A stretch of DNA of 56,553 bases, counting the filler, from Circinaria calcarea (Eukaryota): assembly GCA_051942165.1 (NCBI GenBank). It is 3 parts of 3 records of this genome, joined end to end, with 100 filler letters (N's around TTAATTAATTAA, not from the genome) between each part and the next. Parts side by side here need not be neighbours in the genome. Positions count along the whole stretch, not along the records: positions 37,771 to 56,553 come from JAVECS010000226.1; 2 more parts are not named here. One strand, written 5' to 3'. Both the position numbers and the translations under genes were made by a program. Every line of letters begins with the position of its first letter. The first letter of the stretch is position 1. The notes beneath the pieces are model-generated. The model was not told where the DNA came from, searched no databases, and was given only the letters and a program-made list of their open reading frames with translations. Below are positions 37,771 to 49,500 of the stretch, one piece after another.

Positions 37771-39341
37771 TGCCCATAGAAGAGAGCTTTCGGAGCATAA
37801 ACCTAGCTTCCTTTCCCTCCCTACTCAACCGGCTATGGAGTGCTAGTGGACTCTCATTCAAACCCACTCTCCGTTCCTGGTCGTCGAAAGCAATGTAGAG
37901 GGCATAATTCCGCCAATAATCCTGTATGCCATACGATTTTAGGACAGCGGGTAGTATTTTTTCGCAGGAGTCTGCTCCATGGACAGGAAAGTTCTTAAAA
38001 ATCTGCCCGGTGAATGACGGCGACGAAGTACTTTCTGAAGACAGCACTGGTTTTGGGGAATCTGGAGGCGTTGCAGGCATATTTTTGTGTACTGCTGTGA
38101 CTCTTCCGAAAGTTTGGGTTCTATTAGGAGATCTTGGTGTGATTGGAGGTGAGTGTACTACCGTATCTTTACTGAAAGAGAATGTGCTAGGCTTGTTGAC
38201 GCGCCGGGGCGAGCTTGGCCACCTCATCTTATCTTGAGTTCCTGAGGTATATCGAATAGCTGGCAATGTTTGCGGAAGATCCTCTGGATACACAAGGACT
38301 TCACCTTTCGGTCCCACATCAAGCTGGGCTCTTGAATCTAACTCTGTAACCCTAGATTTATGCATCTGATCCCAACGTCCTCCTTGGTCTGTCCATTTCC
38401 AGAGCAAAAGAGACAGGCGTCTAGTCTCTGGAGGAGAAGTTGAAGCATTCTCTCTTGGTTGAGAACCTAAGTCTAGACTTGCATTCGCTTCGGGTATGAG
38501 ATCATGAAGCCAGACTGATGTTCGTCTGTTCTCCCTAGCACTAAGACTTGATGCTGGTCTAACAGAAGTCCCATCCGCCACATTAGAATACGCCATAGGG
38601 TTAACGACGTAGTCTTCCAAGGAGGGTGGTTGAGCTTCCGCCAACGTAGTGCAGGACTCATTCGAATGATCCGATTTCTTGTCAACATGATCCATATACT
38701 CGCCTTGTCCGTTCTCTAGCTCTTCGAGCCTCTCTACTGCACACTTCTGCGCAATGACCAGACTTCGAGTCATGATTTCTTCCTGCTCATCCTCTAAGTC
38801 GGTTTCGGAGGTTGAGATCCTGCAACATGCTATCAGTACGTGATAGGTGGTTGATCAAGATTCTTTCAGCCCAGACCTACCTTCGCGCCGATACTCTCTC
38901 TGCAAATTCTAAAGTCGTCAACATAATGTGCAGAGTGATTTTGCATGACTCCAATGTCGTCCTATGCATCTGTACTTTATCACGTTTCAAGACCCATCTC
39001 AAGCGTCCCAAAATGTCTATCGTCGTCTCGCTGGAGGAAGGCTTGCTTTTGATAAGGCTGTCGAAAATAGCTTGCAGCTCATTGAAAACCACTTGACATT
39101 GCTCGAGTATCTCCTGCGTCGTTTCGATTGCGCTGATTGAGTACCGACGGTCTTTTGCCTTGGCCAAAGTCCTCTCGAGTTGCTTGAGGACAGCGCAGAA
39201 TAATGATATCTCGGTCCCAATTGAACGTACCTGCGAGCCAGCAGAGCCAATGCTGTTTCCGAAGTCAAATAGTACAATAGATAGCTTGGCGCCTGCTCCA
39301 ATGATTCCGATGATACTGGCGATTGCGCCCAGTTCTGCCAT
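37771..39341 (-). CDS. HeLo-like N-terminal domain fused to Ste50-type Ras-association domain; stop codon lost in gap (>=503 aa)
   Basis: MAELGAIASIIGIIGAGAKLSIVL...RLRWVLKRDKV..LESCKITLHIML; a 61-nt intron 38880-38820 keeps frame; C-terminal IFKNFPVHGADSCEKILPAVLKSYGI..WRNYALYIAFDDQERRVGLNESPL..LSREGKEARFMLRK. Confidence 0.8.
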
Positions 39342-39954
39342 CTTACGATCATATGGACGTAAAAGAGGAAGACTGTAGACGGTAAAGAAAGTATATCGTT
39401 CCTAATAGCAGGATATGATCTCTTTCGACTTCCCTAGGTACCTAAGTGGCAGTGCAGGTTAAGGGAATTCCAGAGTAGGAAAAGCCGCAGGCTGACTGCA
39501 TGAACCTTAAGGGTGGCGTACTAAGCCGCCAATAACAAAGCCGCGCATTCGATGTTGCCCGCCAATACCTAACCGAAATGGCATTCTCAGTCTGTCGTCG
39601 AATGATTCTTTAGATCAATCTTGGTTCGCAGCAAAGACTGTTTATATGTCATAGCCAGATATCCACCGCGATTCAAAAGGTGTTGGATTGACGGATTCGG
39701 TCGCTCAGCTCACTGCGGCTCTCTCCCCTCCCCTTATGAAGCATGCCCTATTACAAATATTGTCCATATCAAATCAACCTGCTACTAGAGCTATGTATGT
39801 GAGTGCATCTTAGTTTTAGCATATGTAGTACATGCAGTACCTTCGTCTCGGTGCTTGGAGATCCTGAGTGTAGACGTTATGCAAAATTGCTTGACTGTGA
39901 TAAATTGAGCTCTTGGAACTTATAAGACATCTGCGAAGCCTCAGTCCATAAGCG

Positions 39955-41403
39955 TCATCTTGTGGCAATGTTCTTCGAGGATTTGCCCCCAAATTTTTCA
40001 ACTGCTTCTTGAATGACCGGCTTCGACAGATCAGGGACACTCTCCGCACTTCCATTTACAGGGTAAATGCTAAATCGAGTGGGAGCCTTCATTAGTCCAG
40101 GCCAAATATCTATTGGTAAAAAGTCGCCTTGTTCGTGCTTGAAGGCTTCTCTGTTTGCAACCTCTTCATCGCACAGTTTATTCAACTTGTCCACGGCGTC
40201 CTGGAGCACTTTCGCCACCTTCACCTCAACGGACTTCCTTCTACTAACCTCAACAATCAGATTATCATATGCTCGGATAAACCCTTCGTAGAAGTCTCGG
40301 AGATCCTCTAAATCTTCCATGCGCTGCTCAATCTTTGTCTTTTCTTCGTCCCACCTGAACAGAAAGAGATGGCTTTGTGTGGTGTAGCTCGGTAGTCGAC
40401 TTGCCAATTTTTCTAGCAACTTGACGGCTTCGATAGTTCTGGCAGACTCATCTGCTAAGTGTTCGTTGTATTCGCCTATACGTTCAAATCGTGCTTCCAT
40501 GTTTGAGCGGCGGTCCCTGATTTCTGATACAACATCCTCTACTTCGTTCGAATCCCTTTCCAGCACCTGGAGCATATCTCGTTTCTCTTCTTCACTGATT
40601 GATTCCGCTGATTTGTCGGCGTGAACCATATTTAATCCCAGGTCCACTCCCTCAGGCATGTCGGCTGCAATTCTCTGTGCAGCTGCGTTACCTCCTTCCA
40701 TATGTTTAATGGCGGTAACGCAGAGATCGAAATGATTCACAAGGCTTTCTAAGTTGTCCGCCATCTCCTTTGCGTGCTCTTCCATGTGATGTAGAGCTAT
40801 AGGTATAGGCAGAATAGGGACTTGTATACTAGCCAAGCCGCGATCCTTACCCAGCAAGCTTTTGATGCTGGAGACTTCTCGCTCCATAGCTGCATTCGAG
40901 TTCTCGTATTCCTTCCTTGCCTCTCCGGTAGCATCAATGCTTTCCTTGATCATTCCCAACAAAGCCTGCACGCCAGTCTCATCCACAAAATCGATAAGGC
41001 TTCTCCTTTCTTCACCCTCGGGTCTTAGTTTGACTTCGACCATCGTACTTCGCAGTTGATTAAGAGTCCTTCGTAATCTGCTCTCGGCCGTGTCTAGACC
41101 CTTTATAACTGACTGAAACTCCGCAACACATTCTTGAGCCACACTCTTTGAATGATTCTGTACCATTTCCAGGATCTCAATCTGAGAGAAACTCTCATTC
41201 TGCAAGAATTTCGTGCGTGCCACTTCAACTGTAGTAGACTCAAGTGACTGGCGCGTGGCCGTGACGATGTCATTGGCACGATAGACATGATCCACGGAAG
41301 ATAACGAACGTTTAGCTGCAAGGAGATGGGAGACCAAAGCTTCGAGTGAGGGAAGCGAAACATCAGGAGCTTGGGATGGGAGACTAGATGTGGAAGATGC
41401 CAT
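39955..41403 (-). CDS. ATG17: Autophagy scaffold Atg17
   Basis: LVSHLLAAKRSLSS, RSLIDFVDETGV, LESLVNHFDLCVTAIKH, AYDNLIVEVSRR, GDFLPIDIWPG; intronless, 482 aa. Confidence 0.92.
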   Translation of the reverse strand: MASSTSSLPSQAPDVSLPSLEALVSHLLAAKRSLSSVDHVYRANDIVTATRQSLESTTVEVARTKFLQNESFSQIEILEMVQNHSKSVAQECVAEFQSVIKGLDTAESRLRRTLNQLRSTMVEVKLRPEGEERRSLIDFVDETGVQALLGMIKESIDATGEARKEYENSNAAMEREVSSIKSLLGKDRGLASIQVPILPIPIALHHMEEHAKEMADNLESLVNHFDLCVTAIKHMEGGNAAAQRIAADMPEGVDLGLNMVHADKSAESISEEEKRDMLQVLERDSNEVEDVVSEIRDRRSNMEARFERIGEYNEHLADESARTIEAVKLLEKLASRLPSYTTQSHLFLFRWDEEKTKIEQRMEDLEDLRDFYEGFIRAYDNLIVEVSRRKSVEVKVAKVLQDAVDKLNKLCDEEVANREAFKHEQGDFLPIDIWPGLMKAPTRFSIYPVNGSAESVPDLSKPVIQEAVEKFGGKSSKNIATR

Positions 41404-42163
41404 CCGAGCGATGTTTCAGAGCCAGAGGACTAGCCGATCAGAATAGGGTTTGCAAAGATGCGTAATAGAGAAAGTGATGATGTTCCCTCTACTCTCGTAT
41501 GACGATATAAGGTAAGGAAGTGGACGATAGGGATCTTCTCACAGAATCATAGTTGACGTTCCACAAGGTCTCCTGCTCACCGAAGATTAGTCTCTTCACA
41601 GAGTCTGTATGCCTCACCATTCCATGTAGATCTTGAGCCATTCCCAGCAACATCTTCTAAGGAAAGGGATGATTCTGCGGTAGTCGTCAAGATATATGGA
41701 GGTAGTGAAGGGAGATCATCGCACAACACGAGAGCGTTTCCGGGTCTGCCGCGGTACCGTGCAGCTCCGATCGTGTGGCGGCCGCTAGTACTCGGCGACT
41801 CCGCTTATTTGTTAGCGTAAGCAAGCCAGCAAGGGTGGCTGAATGAGGAGACCTGGAGAAGTTCTCCAAGGTCGAGGGCAAAGGAACAGAAACGGGCAAA
41901 ACCATTCTACATCATGCCATCTGAATACTGCATTCAACGTTTCTTGTTCTACGAACCTTTGCGACCAGGATAGTACCACGTTTGGATACTGCGAGGGTTT
42001 TTTCTTTGTTCCTTCAAGCTAAATCGAATCGCACGCCATCGATTGCGAATATTTGACCGATGAAATCCCCTCTGTACCCGTTGCCTCTACAAATGGCCTA
42101 GGACCTCTAACCCGATCGTCTTTGATTCCGCATTTACCGAATTGGTATACCCTTCTTCCCAAG

Positions 42164-44371
42164 ATGGGTGACTATCTAGGAAGCCCTCCGAAACGGCGGC
42201 GACTGTCACTGCTTCAAGCGGGCCTACCTCTCTCTTTTGGCAGCCAGGTTATCACGGAAGACACACGAAGCCAAGGGTCAGCTACGAGAGGGAGCAACAA
42301 AGATAGGATAAACGAAGGGGATGCCACTATCACCATTTCTTCGACGTCAAAGCTTGCTGGTCAAACCGTTGCCCCCTTTCTTGCCAAGCATATACCAGAC
42401 CAATATGCGCCTCTGGGAGGTTCTGGCATTTCCAATGGCGCTGCAGCAAAAGATTCAAATACCAAGTATTGCTATCGGCATCGACCTGACCTGAAATGTA
42501 GGAGACAAGCCAACGAACCTTCTATGGACCAGCTACAACATGTACGGGCTATCCTTCCTCAAGGCTTTAGGCGTATCTAATGTATTGTATAGGAGTTGGA
42601 GACGTTATCACAGGGCGATCAGCAAGGCATTGCGCATGTCTGGACGCTTTTTTCTGCTGCACCATCCAAGCACCGGAACCTGATGCTTCAGGGTATCCTT
42701 ACCCAATGCTGCTTTCCACAACTCTCATACCTTTCTACGCATGTTCGGGAGCTCATCCGAATCGATTTTCTTACCGCTCTACCCACGGAACTAGCTTATA
42801 AAATCCTTTGCTATCTCGATACGACTTCTCTCTGCAAAGCTGCCCAGGTCAGCCAGCGTTGGCGTTCTCTTGCGGACGATGATGTTGTCTGGCATCGGAT
42901 GTGTGAACAGCATATAGATAGAAAGTGCACTAAATGTGGATGGGGTTTACCATTGCTGGAAAGAAAGAGGCTTAGGGCTTCCAAACGGCAGATACAACTT
43001 AGGGCTACGGGCCAAGGCTTGAACGTTTGGTCGCCGAACATCACGCCGTTCCCTGAACGCACCTCGCAGAGCCGGTCCAGTACGGCGGAAGATCACTCCG
43101 ATATTGACAGCGAGTCGAATTCGAATACCACTCTCAACCCAACCAAGAAGCGCTTACTGGCAGATCATGCTCCGAAAATTCCGACAACGTTTGCACAGTC
43201 AGAGTCTGTAGAGATTGAAGAATCTTACTTCAAACCTCGTTTTCGGCCTTGGAAGGATGTTTACAAGGACAGGTTCAAAGTAGGGTCAAACTGGAAACAT
43301 GGCCGGTGCTCGACCAAGATCTTCAAAGGTCACTCCAACGGTGTCATGTGTTTACAATTTGACGAGCACATCCTGGCTACTGGATCCTACGATGCTACCA
43401 TCAAGATATGGGACATCGAGACAGGCGAGGAGATTCGCACGCTGAAAGGCCACACCTCCGGCATTCGCTGTCTTCAGTTCGACGATACTAAGCTGATTAG
43501 CGGAAGCATGGATACAAGTTTAAAAGTATGGAACTGGCGCACTGGCGAGTGTCACTCGACATATACAGGCCATAGTGACGGCGTTATTAGCTTACATTTT
43601 GACTCGACAATACTTGCGTCTGGTTCTGTGGATAAGACGATTAGGATATGGAACTTTGAAGACAAGTCTACATGCGTTCTCCGAGGGCATGACGATTGGG
43701 TCAATGCCGTTAAAGTTGATTCCGCATCTCGGACTGTATTTTCGGGTTCGGACGACTGCACCGTTCGGTTATGGGACCTTGACAGAAAATCTACAATCAA
43801 AATCTTCAAGGGTCATGTAGGACAGGTGCAGCAGGTCCTTCCCTTGCCGCGTGAATTCGATTCCGAAGAAGGGGATGCAGACGACAAATCGAATGATCAA
43901 GATGACTCCGCGTCGGCCAGCAGCTCTCTTGACCTTGCCACTACTCCATCGCTTCCGGTAGCAAGCCCCTATGGTGCCAACTTCACCTCTTGTGGTCGTT
44001 CTCTTCCGCCACGCTTCATGCTTACCGGGGCACTCGACTCTACGATTCGACTGTGGAACGTGTCGACGGGCAAGTGCTTACGTACCTTCTTCGGTCACAT
44101 CGAGGGCGTTTGGGCTTTGGCTGCCGACACATTACGGGTTGTAAGTGGCGCAGAAGATCGGACAGTCAAGGTATGGGATGCACGAAGTGGTAGATGCGAA
44201 AGGACATTTACCGGCCACCTTGGTCCCGTCACCTGTATCGGGTTGAGTGATAGTCGAATGTGTACGGGAAGTGAAGATTGCGAGGTCAGGATGTACAGCT
44301 TCAAAACCGAGGGCAGACGGAGAGGTGGTGGCGGAGAGGAGGAAGACGATGCGAATAGCGTTCCGTCATGA
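42164..44371 (+). CDS. sconB: SCF F-box/WD40 sulfur-metabolite repression regulator SconB/Scon-2/Met30
   Basis: [24 protein letters not shown]-box [47 protein letters not shown], multiple WD40 repeats; intron 42542-42592; ATG at 42164 preferred over TTG at 42053. Confidence 0.93.
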
Positions 44372-46037
44372 TGAGATGGATCTCCCTGTGTATATTGTTT
44401 GGTGGAATTTCTGAATGGCGAAACGATGATACCCGGACGCTAGCTATGCATTGATTGGAGCATATTTTGGGTTCGTGTATATACGGGATCAAGCATGTAG
44501 TTGATACCTCAAATCTACAAAGTAGTTAACCTTCCGGCATCCTCGAGTGTCTGCCATGCTCGTGTGGGGTGAGCAGAAGTCGTTGCTAAAAATAACAGTA
44601 TGGCACTGGAGGACCCCTCACACTGGAATCATGGCTTGTCGAATCAAGTAAGACCATCAACGTATGTATAGAATGCTGCATAAAAGACTAGGTAGGGGCG
44701 CCCCTCATACGCTGATTGTGATCTCATCGGCAAACGACTTTTGCCCACCGACCTCGAATATGGTAAATCAGTATCAGCTGGTGCCCGCTCCAACCTTCGG
44801 CACTTCAGACATGATATTCCGTAACCCCGATTTCTTGCTGGTCCTTCACACCCGGACGATCGGTCATGCCTGGAGGTGGTTTCACAATGCATGATGATGG
44901 ATTTCGAGAGTTGGCGTTGTACATTCGAAACATCTGCGCCTCAATCTTCTGACGTTTGTCCCCACTCTCCTCGATCCATTCCTCCGCTATTTCCAGGAAC
45001 CAGGAGCGGGAGGAGGATCTAGACGGATTCCTTCGACACGTTGTCAGACGCCCTATAGGTAATCTCCCCCACTTCTTATCCTTCACCGTCTTAAGGATTA
45101 ATCCTGACGCTCTGAGAGGCCGCTCGTGCGACTTCAGGACTCTTGGACTCCAAGCCACGCCTCCAAAGCAAGCGGCGTAGGGCTCCACAAAGATATTGGC
45201 AGACATGGGTCAACACCCTCATTCTCTCAAGGGGCGTACGTATACCATGCAGCAAGGACACACCCGAGCAGCACGTGGAGACTGCTGGCAACTTTCATTG
45301 CTCGGATTGACCATGCCGTCGAGGCTTCCCGCCCAATCGCCGCTACATCGTCGTCTCCGCTAATGCATGCGAAGTGAATTGACAAATTGTGGAAGTCGGT
45401 CAAGCGGACTGAAGATTCCCACCAACGGCAAGTCATTCGGGCTGCACCACCCGCAAAACCGTACCCCTCCCACCTCGAGCTAAATTTGCTTCGAGTAAAA
45501 CGATAAGCTTCAGCGGTCCTGGATCGTCGTCGCTCACCGTTCGCCCTTCGCTCCCTTACCGCACTAAAAACGACGCCAACAGTTCCAGCCGCATGGGACG
45601 ACAAGGGGGGTTTCGGGAAGCACATGGTCTGACTCTTACGTGAAGTTGTGTTTCGAAAAACATTAAAGAAGCTTGCTTGCTCCTCCATCAATTGTTATTT
45701 CTCCATCATCCAACTCTTGTTGTACATTGTCAATCGAGTTGCTTTACTGTAGCACTGCCTGGCATATAATAACCCCGAGTGCTGTTTGTTATCATTATCC
45801 TCTGCTCTCCTCTATCTTACTCCTCGACATCTCCCAACTCCGCAGCTACCACCATAACTGTTTGCGAGAAAATCACCCTGCATCTAACCATTCCATCTGG
45901 ACCTGCCTGGGTACCTCATATTCGGAGGATTACCGCCTCTTTGCGGATTGGTGCATCGAACACTTGGACAAACAGCAAACGTCACCTCTACCTACATTCC
46001 CCGAACCACTCAGTTTGACACTTCTCCCGCCTGAAAA

Positions 46038-46505
46038 ATGTCGTCCACATCTTCCATCTCGGCAGAGTCTAAGCCAACATTGAACCGAGCCAACACCGAC
46101 GCTCCCCAGACACCATTTTCCCCTGCCTCTACTACCACATCTTCGTCACCTGGTTCCCCAAGACCACAGTATGCCCGGATCACCGCATCGGAAACTACCA
46201 TCTTCGCTCGTATTCGCACTACTCGCTCGCGCAGTCGGTCACCCAACCGATCCCACTCCACCTCGACCCCAGCCTCCTCGCCGACTACGCCATCAGAAGA
46301 GCGTCGCCAACCTTATCTCCACCTCCGCAGTGACTCTGGCACCTCCAACGCTTCGAGGGGCCGCTCACGGAGTCAAAAACACAAGTCCGGTACAGTTATG
46401 CAAGTGGGACGTCATAGTAATGACTGGCTTTTCGGGGGCTTCAGCTTCACGGAGGCAGTGAGGGGACTGCTTTCACCAAATGACAGTGGGAATGATAGCA
46501 ATTAG
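46038..46505 (+). CDS. Small Ser/Thr/Arg-rich hypothetical protein with C-terminal GRHSNDWLFGGFS motif
   Basis: 155-aa ATG ORF in good context (AAAATG) after a pyrimidine-rich leader. The motif resembles one I recall from small conserved Pezizomycotina proteins (not verified). Confidence 0.6.
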   Translation: MSSTSSISAESKPTLNRANTDAPQTPFSPASTTTSSSPGSPRPQYARITASETTIFARIRTTRSRSRSPNRSHSTSTPASSPTTPSEERRQPYLHLRSDSGTSNASRGRSRSQKHKSGTVMQVGRHSNDWLFGGFSFTEAVRGLLSPNDSGNDSN

Positions 46506-49500
46506 AATATCGGGTAGTGTTGCAACGACGACATATACTTAGGGAAGTGAGAATGTCGGTCGTCTATGATGAACAGCTGGTAGGGGGAGTCGGTGCAGGA
46601 ACACAATGTCTCTTCTTCTGACAGAACTAATAAACACCGACCGGCGTTATTCGCCTAGACACGCTTGAGCTGTGGTCTCTGGGGTTTGGCTTTCAATGGG
46701 GAGTAAGCAGGGGCTTATTGTGTGGAGCCTTGGAAGTAAACAATCTTTTGGATATCATTCTAACTTTTTTTTTATCTCTGCGTTACACATACCTGATGTT
46801 GATGCAAGAGAAAGGTGCTTATTAAGTGGCTCGCACTCCGCTATGTATATATGATAGATACCCAATTTGCGACTCTGTCATTACGCAATACAGATTAACT
46901 GGCGTTGGAACTAAATCTGTTTCATGTATGGCTTTCCCAGCACCCTCTAAACTTTTTCTGGACTCTCTCTATTTGGTGAGATAGATCAAACGATACCATT
47001 CCTCGAAGCCGTGCGCAGAGTTTCCAAAGTCAAACCGCTGCAGCCTATACTCCAGAAATATGAGCGTATAAGAGTATTACGAGAAATAGTCGAGTCTGAA
47101 GAACCGTATGTCGGTTTCAAAGAATAAATAGATCTTGATACTATTATTATTATATTGAGCTCGAAAGCCTTAAAAGAAAAGAAGGGTCAGGAGCCGACAG
47201 CCGAAGAGCTAATCAAATACTATTTATTCCAGGCAGCGTGGACCGGCGGCAGTGGGCAGATCAGCCCTGATGTGGCTTTGTCATCAAGGCTCTATACTCC
47301 GATTAGTTGTGAGCCCATCATCTAAGTTCCTGGTTCTAGAGATTATTATTACTAGACCCTGTTCCTATTATCTATCAGAACGAAGAAGACAATTGGACGC
47401 GATCAAATCAAGCATCTTCAACCCCATACCCTTCTCTTAGGCCCTCTTTAAGCTGCTCGTTAGAGAGTATATTGAAAGGGACGCCCAATGCTGACACTCT
47501 CCTGGAGGTGGAGATCTCGAGCCCTCCAAGATGCAAGTAAGAAGCTTGAGCTCGTCATCGCAACTTCACCTCGGGGTATACTCAGCAAAGGGGGTTTGGC
47601 TGCAGCAGCAGCACACGGTTCCCGTACAAGAGAATCAAGCATGACCTGTCAACTTTACAAAAGGCTACGGACATCTAAGTACTATTACTTTAAGAGCTTA
47701 TCTCGAGACAGAATATATACGGCTATTTGGCTAAGGAATACTCCCCTAATGCTACATCCGAACGCGGTACGAAACTTAGAAGCAGCTGCGGCAGGTAAGA
47801 GACAGTAGCTACCTAGCAATCGAGAATACATTTGTACCCCTTCTTTTCCGTCCAGGAGGCCTACTTATCGGATACAATCCCTCGACTTTGTCCGATTTCT
47901 CCGGTGTACTCCTTAAATCGAGAATACATAAGTACGACATAAGATGCTGAAGCCGGGAAACTGCGTGATCAAGCTTGATGTTTTGGATGAGTTCTGAAGA
48001 AGTTTTTCATGGCGATTCACTTCTGATAATGGCAATATTGTCCTCGAGAAGGCTATACTCCCAGAAGTGCTGGATGTTAAGGTCTATCCGGGTGGACCTC
48101 CTTTCTCAGGCCTCACTTGCTCACCGTTGTCCAAGCAGCCTATCTGGGAGCTGCATTTGGCTCTTTTATGACGACTGCTCTCCTTGGAAGGAATACGAAG
48201 GAAGAACTTGTGTGGCAGCAAAACCTGTTTCAGTAAGGAAGTCTATGCGCAATTTCAACTGGGAAATTTATTTAAGAGAGGGATTCTGTGAAGAGAAACC
48301 TGAGTCACGGAAAGTCGTTTATGCTAGGAGCGCTTCGCCTGAAAGTCAAATCTATCGTCATCTGGCGCATGTCTTCTCCACTGACGTTTCTACTTCCCTA
48401 TAGTAAAGGGGTAAAGCATATATAAGCATCCGCAAGCGTGACGGGAAATGTCTGATCACTGGAGAATATACCGAATGAAGCAGAACTGACATCCATAAAA
48501 TGCACTATGCAAAGGAAATGCCAAGGCGGAGATCAAGATGGAGATTTCTCTTCGAGTTCATTAAAGAGTAAAAGCCAATGCAATCCAAATTTGTTCGTCG
48601 TCTTGCTCCTTGAAGCTGATAATCGCAGATGGAGATAAGGAGCTACATTTGTTCACCACCTACCCTCTTCCATCTCCTCCTCCCAGTGGTCATGTAGGCC
48701 GAGGCACCAAGATCTTTATGGCCATCGGTGCGCTTTAAGTTCAGCTGTCATCATGTTAAGAAATTCGAGACTCTCTGGGGCGCCGCACTGCTCTGGTCCG
48801 GACTATATACAACAAGAACCCTGCTCAACAGAAAGATTGTCAATGGAGGACGGGGCTTTCCTTTCGAGTAGAAGAACACGACTTACGGTTGGATTCATTA
48901 TAAAATCATCGAAAATTGCGTTTCCCTGCGATTAAGTTGCAAATCTATCGAATATGCTTTTCCAACCTAAAAGACCTGACTAGGAGGACGAAGTGGAAAC
49001 ACGCAAGCCTGGTAGCCTAGGTCGTATCTCATGATATGGATTGGGAGTATGATGATCCAGACGGAATCAAGTGGGAACGATGGTGATATGGAATATCTGT
49101 ATCAAGACAATGTAGCCAGCATAACTATTGAGTTCCGCAGCCGAAAAGAAACATCTTGCAAACCAAGAGCCAGCGGAAGCTACCGCCAGAAAAAGGCGAA
49201 GATCAAGGACGCTAACATATCGGATAGACCTAGATCCAAAGGCCTTGGGAATGTTGACTTCAATAATTACTCATAATATACGATTGGGATCCAATATGAA
49301 AGATCATAGTAAGATTCGAAAACTGACTCGGCGTCATTTCAATCTTCTACTCATCGCAGCTATTCTCCATGATGAATATAAGATAAGTTTTGGACTCTTG
49401 GGGTATGGCCACAAAGAAATTCTCCGTGAAAGTCCGGGGTAAGAAAGCGAAGACGACATCCGTTGGTTCCAACTCTCATGGAAACTCCAACCGAATCTTT

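Noticed and set aside
44644..45691. Several 60-150-aa ORFs between sconB and the small S/T-rich gene
   Set aside because: No recognisable domain or consistent splice model.
47818..47934. 14-nt direct repeat AATCGAGAATACAT about 99 bp apart
   Set aside because: Only two short copies with no associated structure; too weak to interpret.
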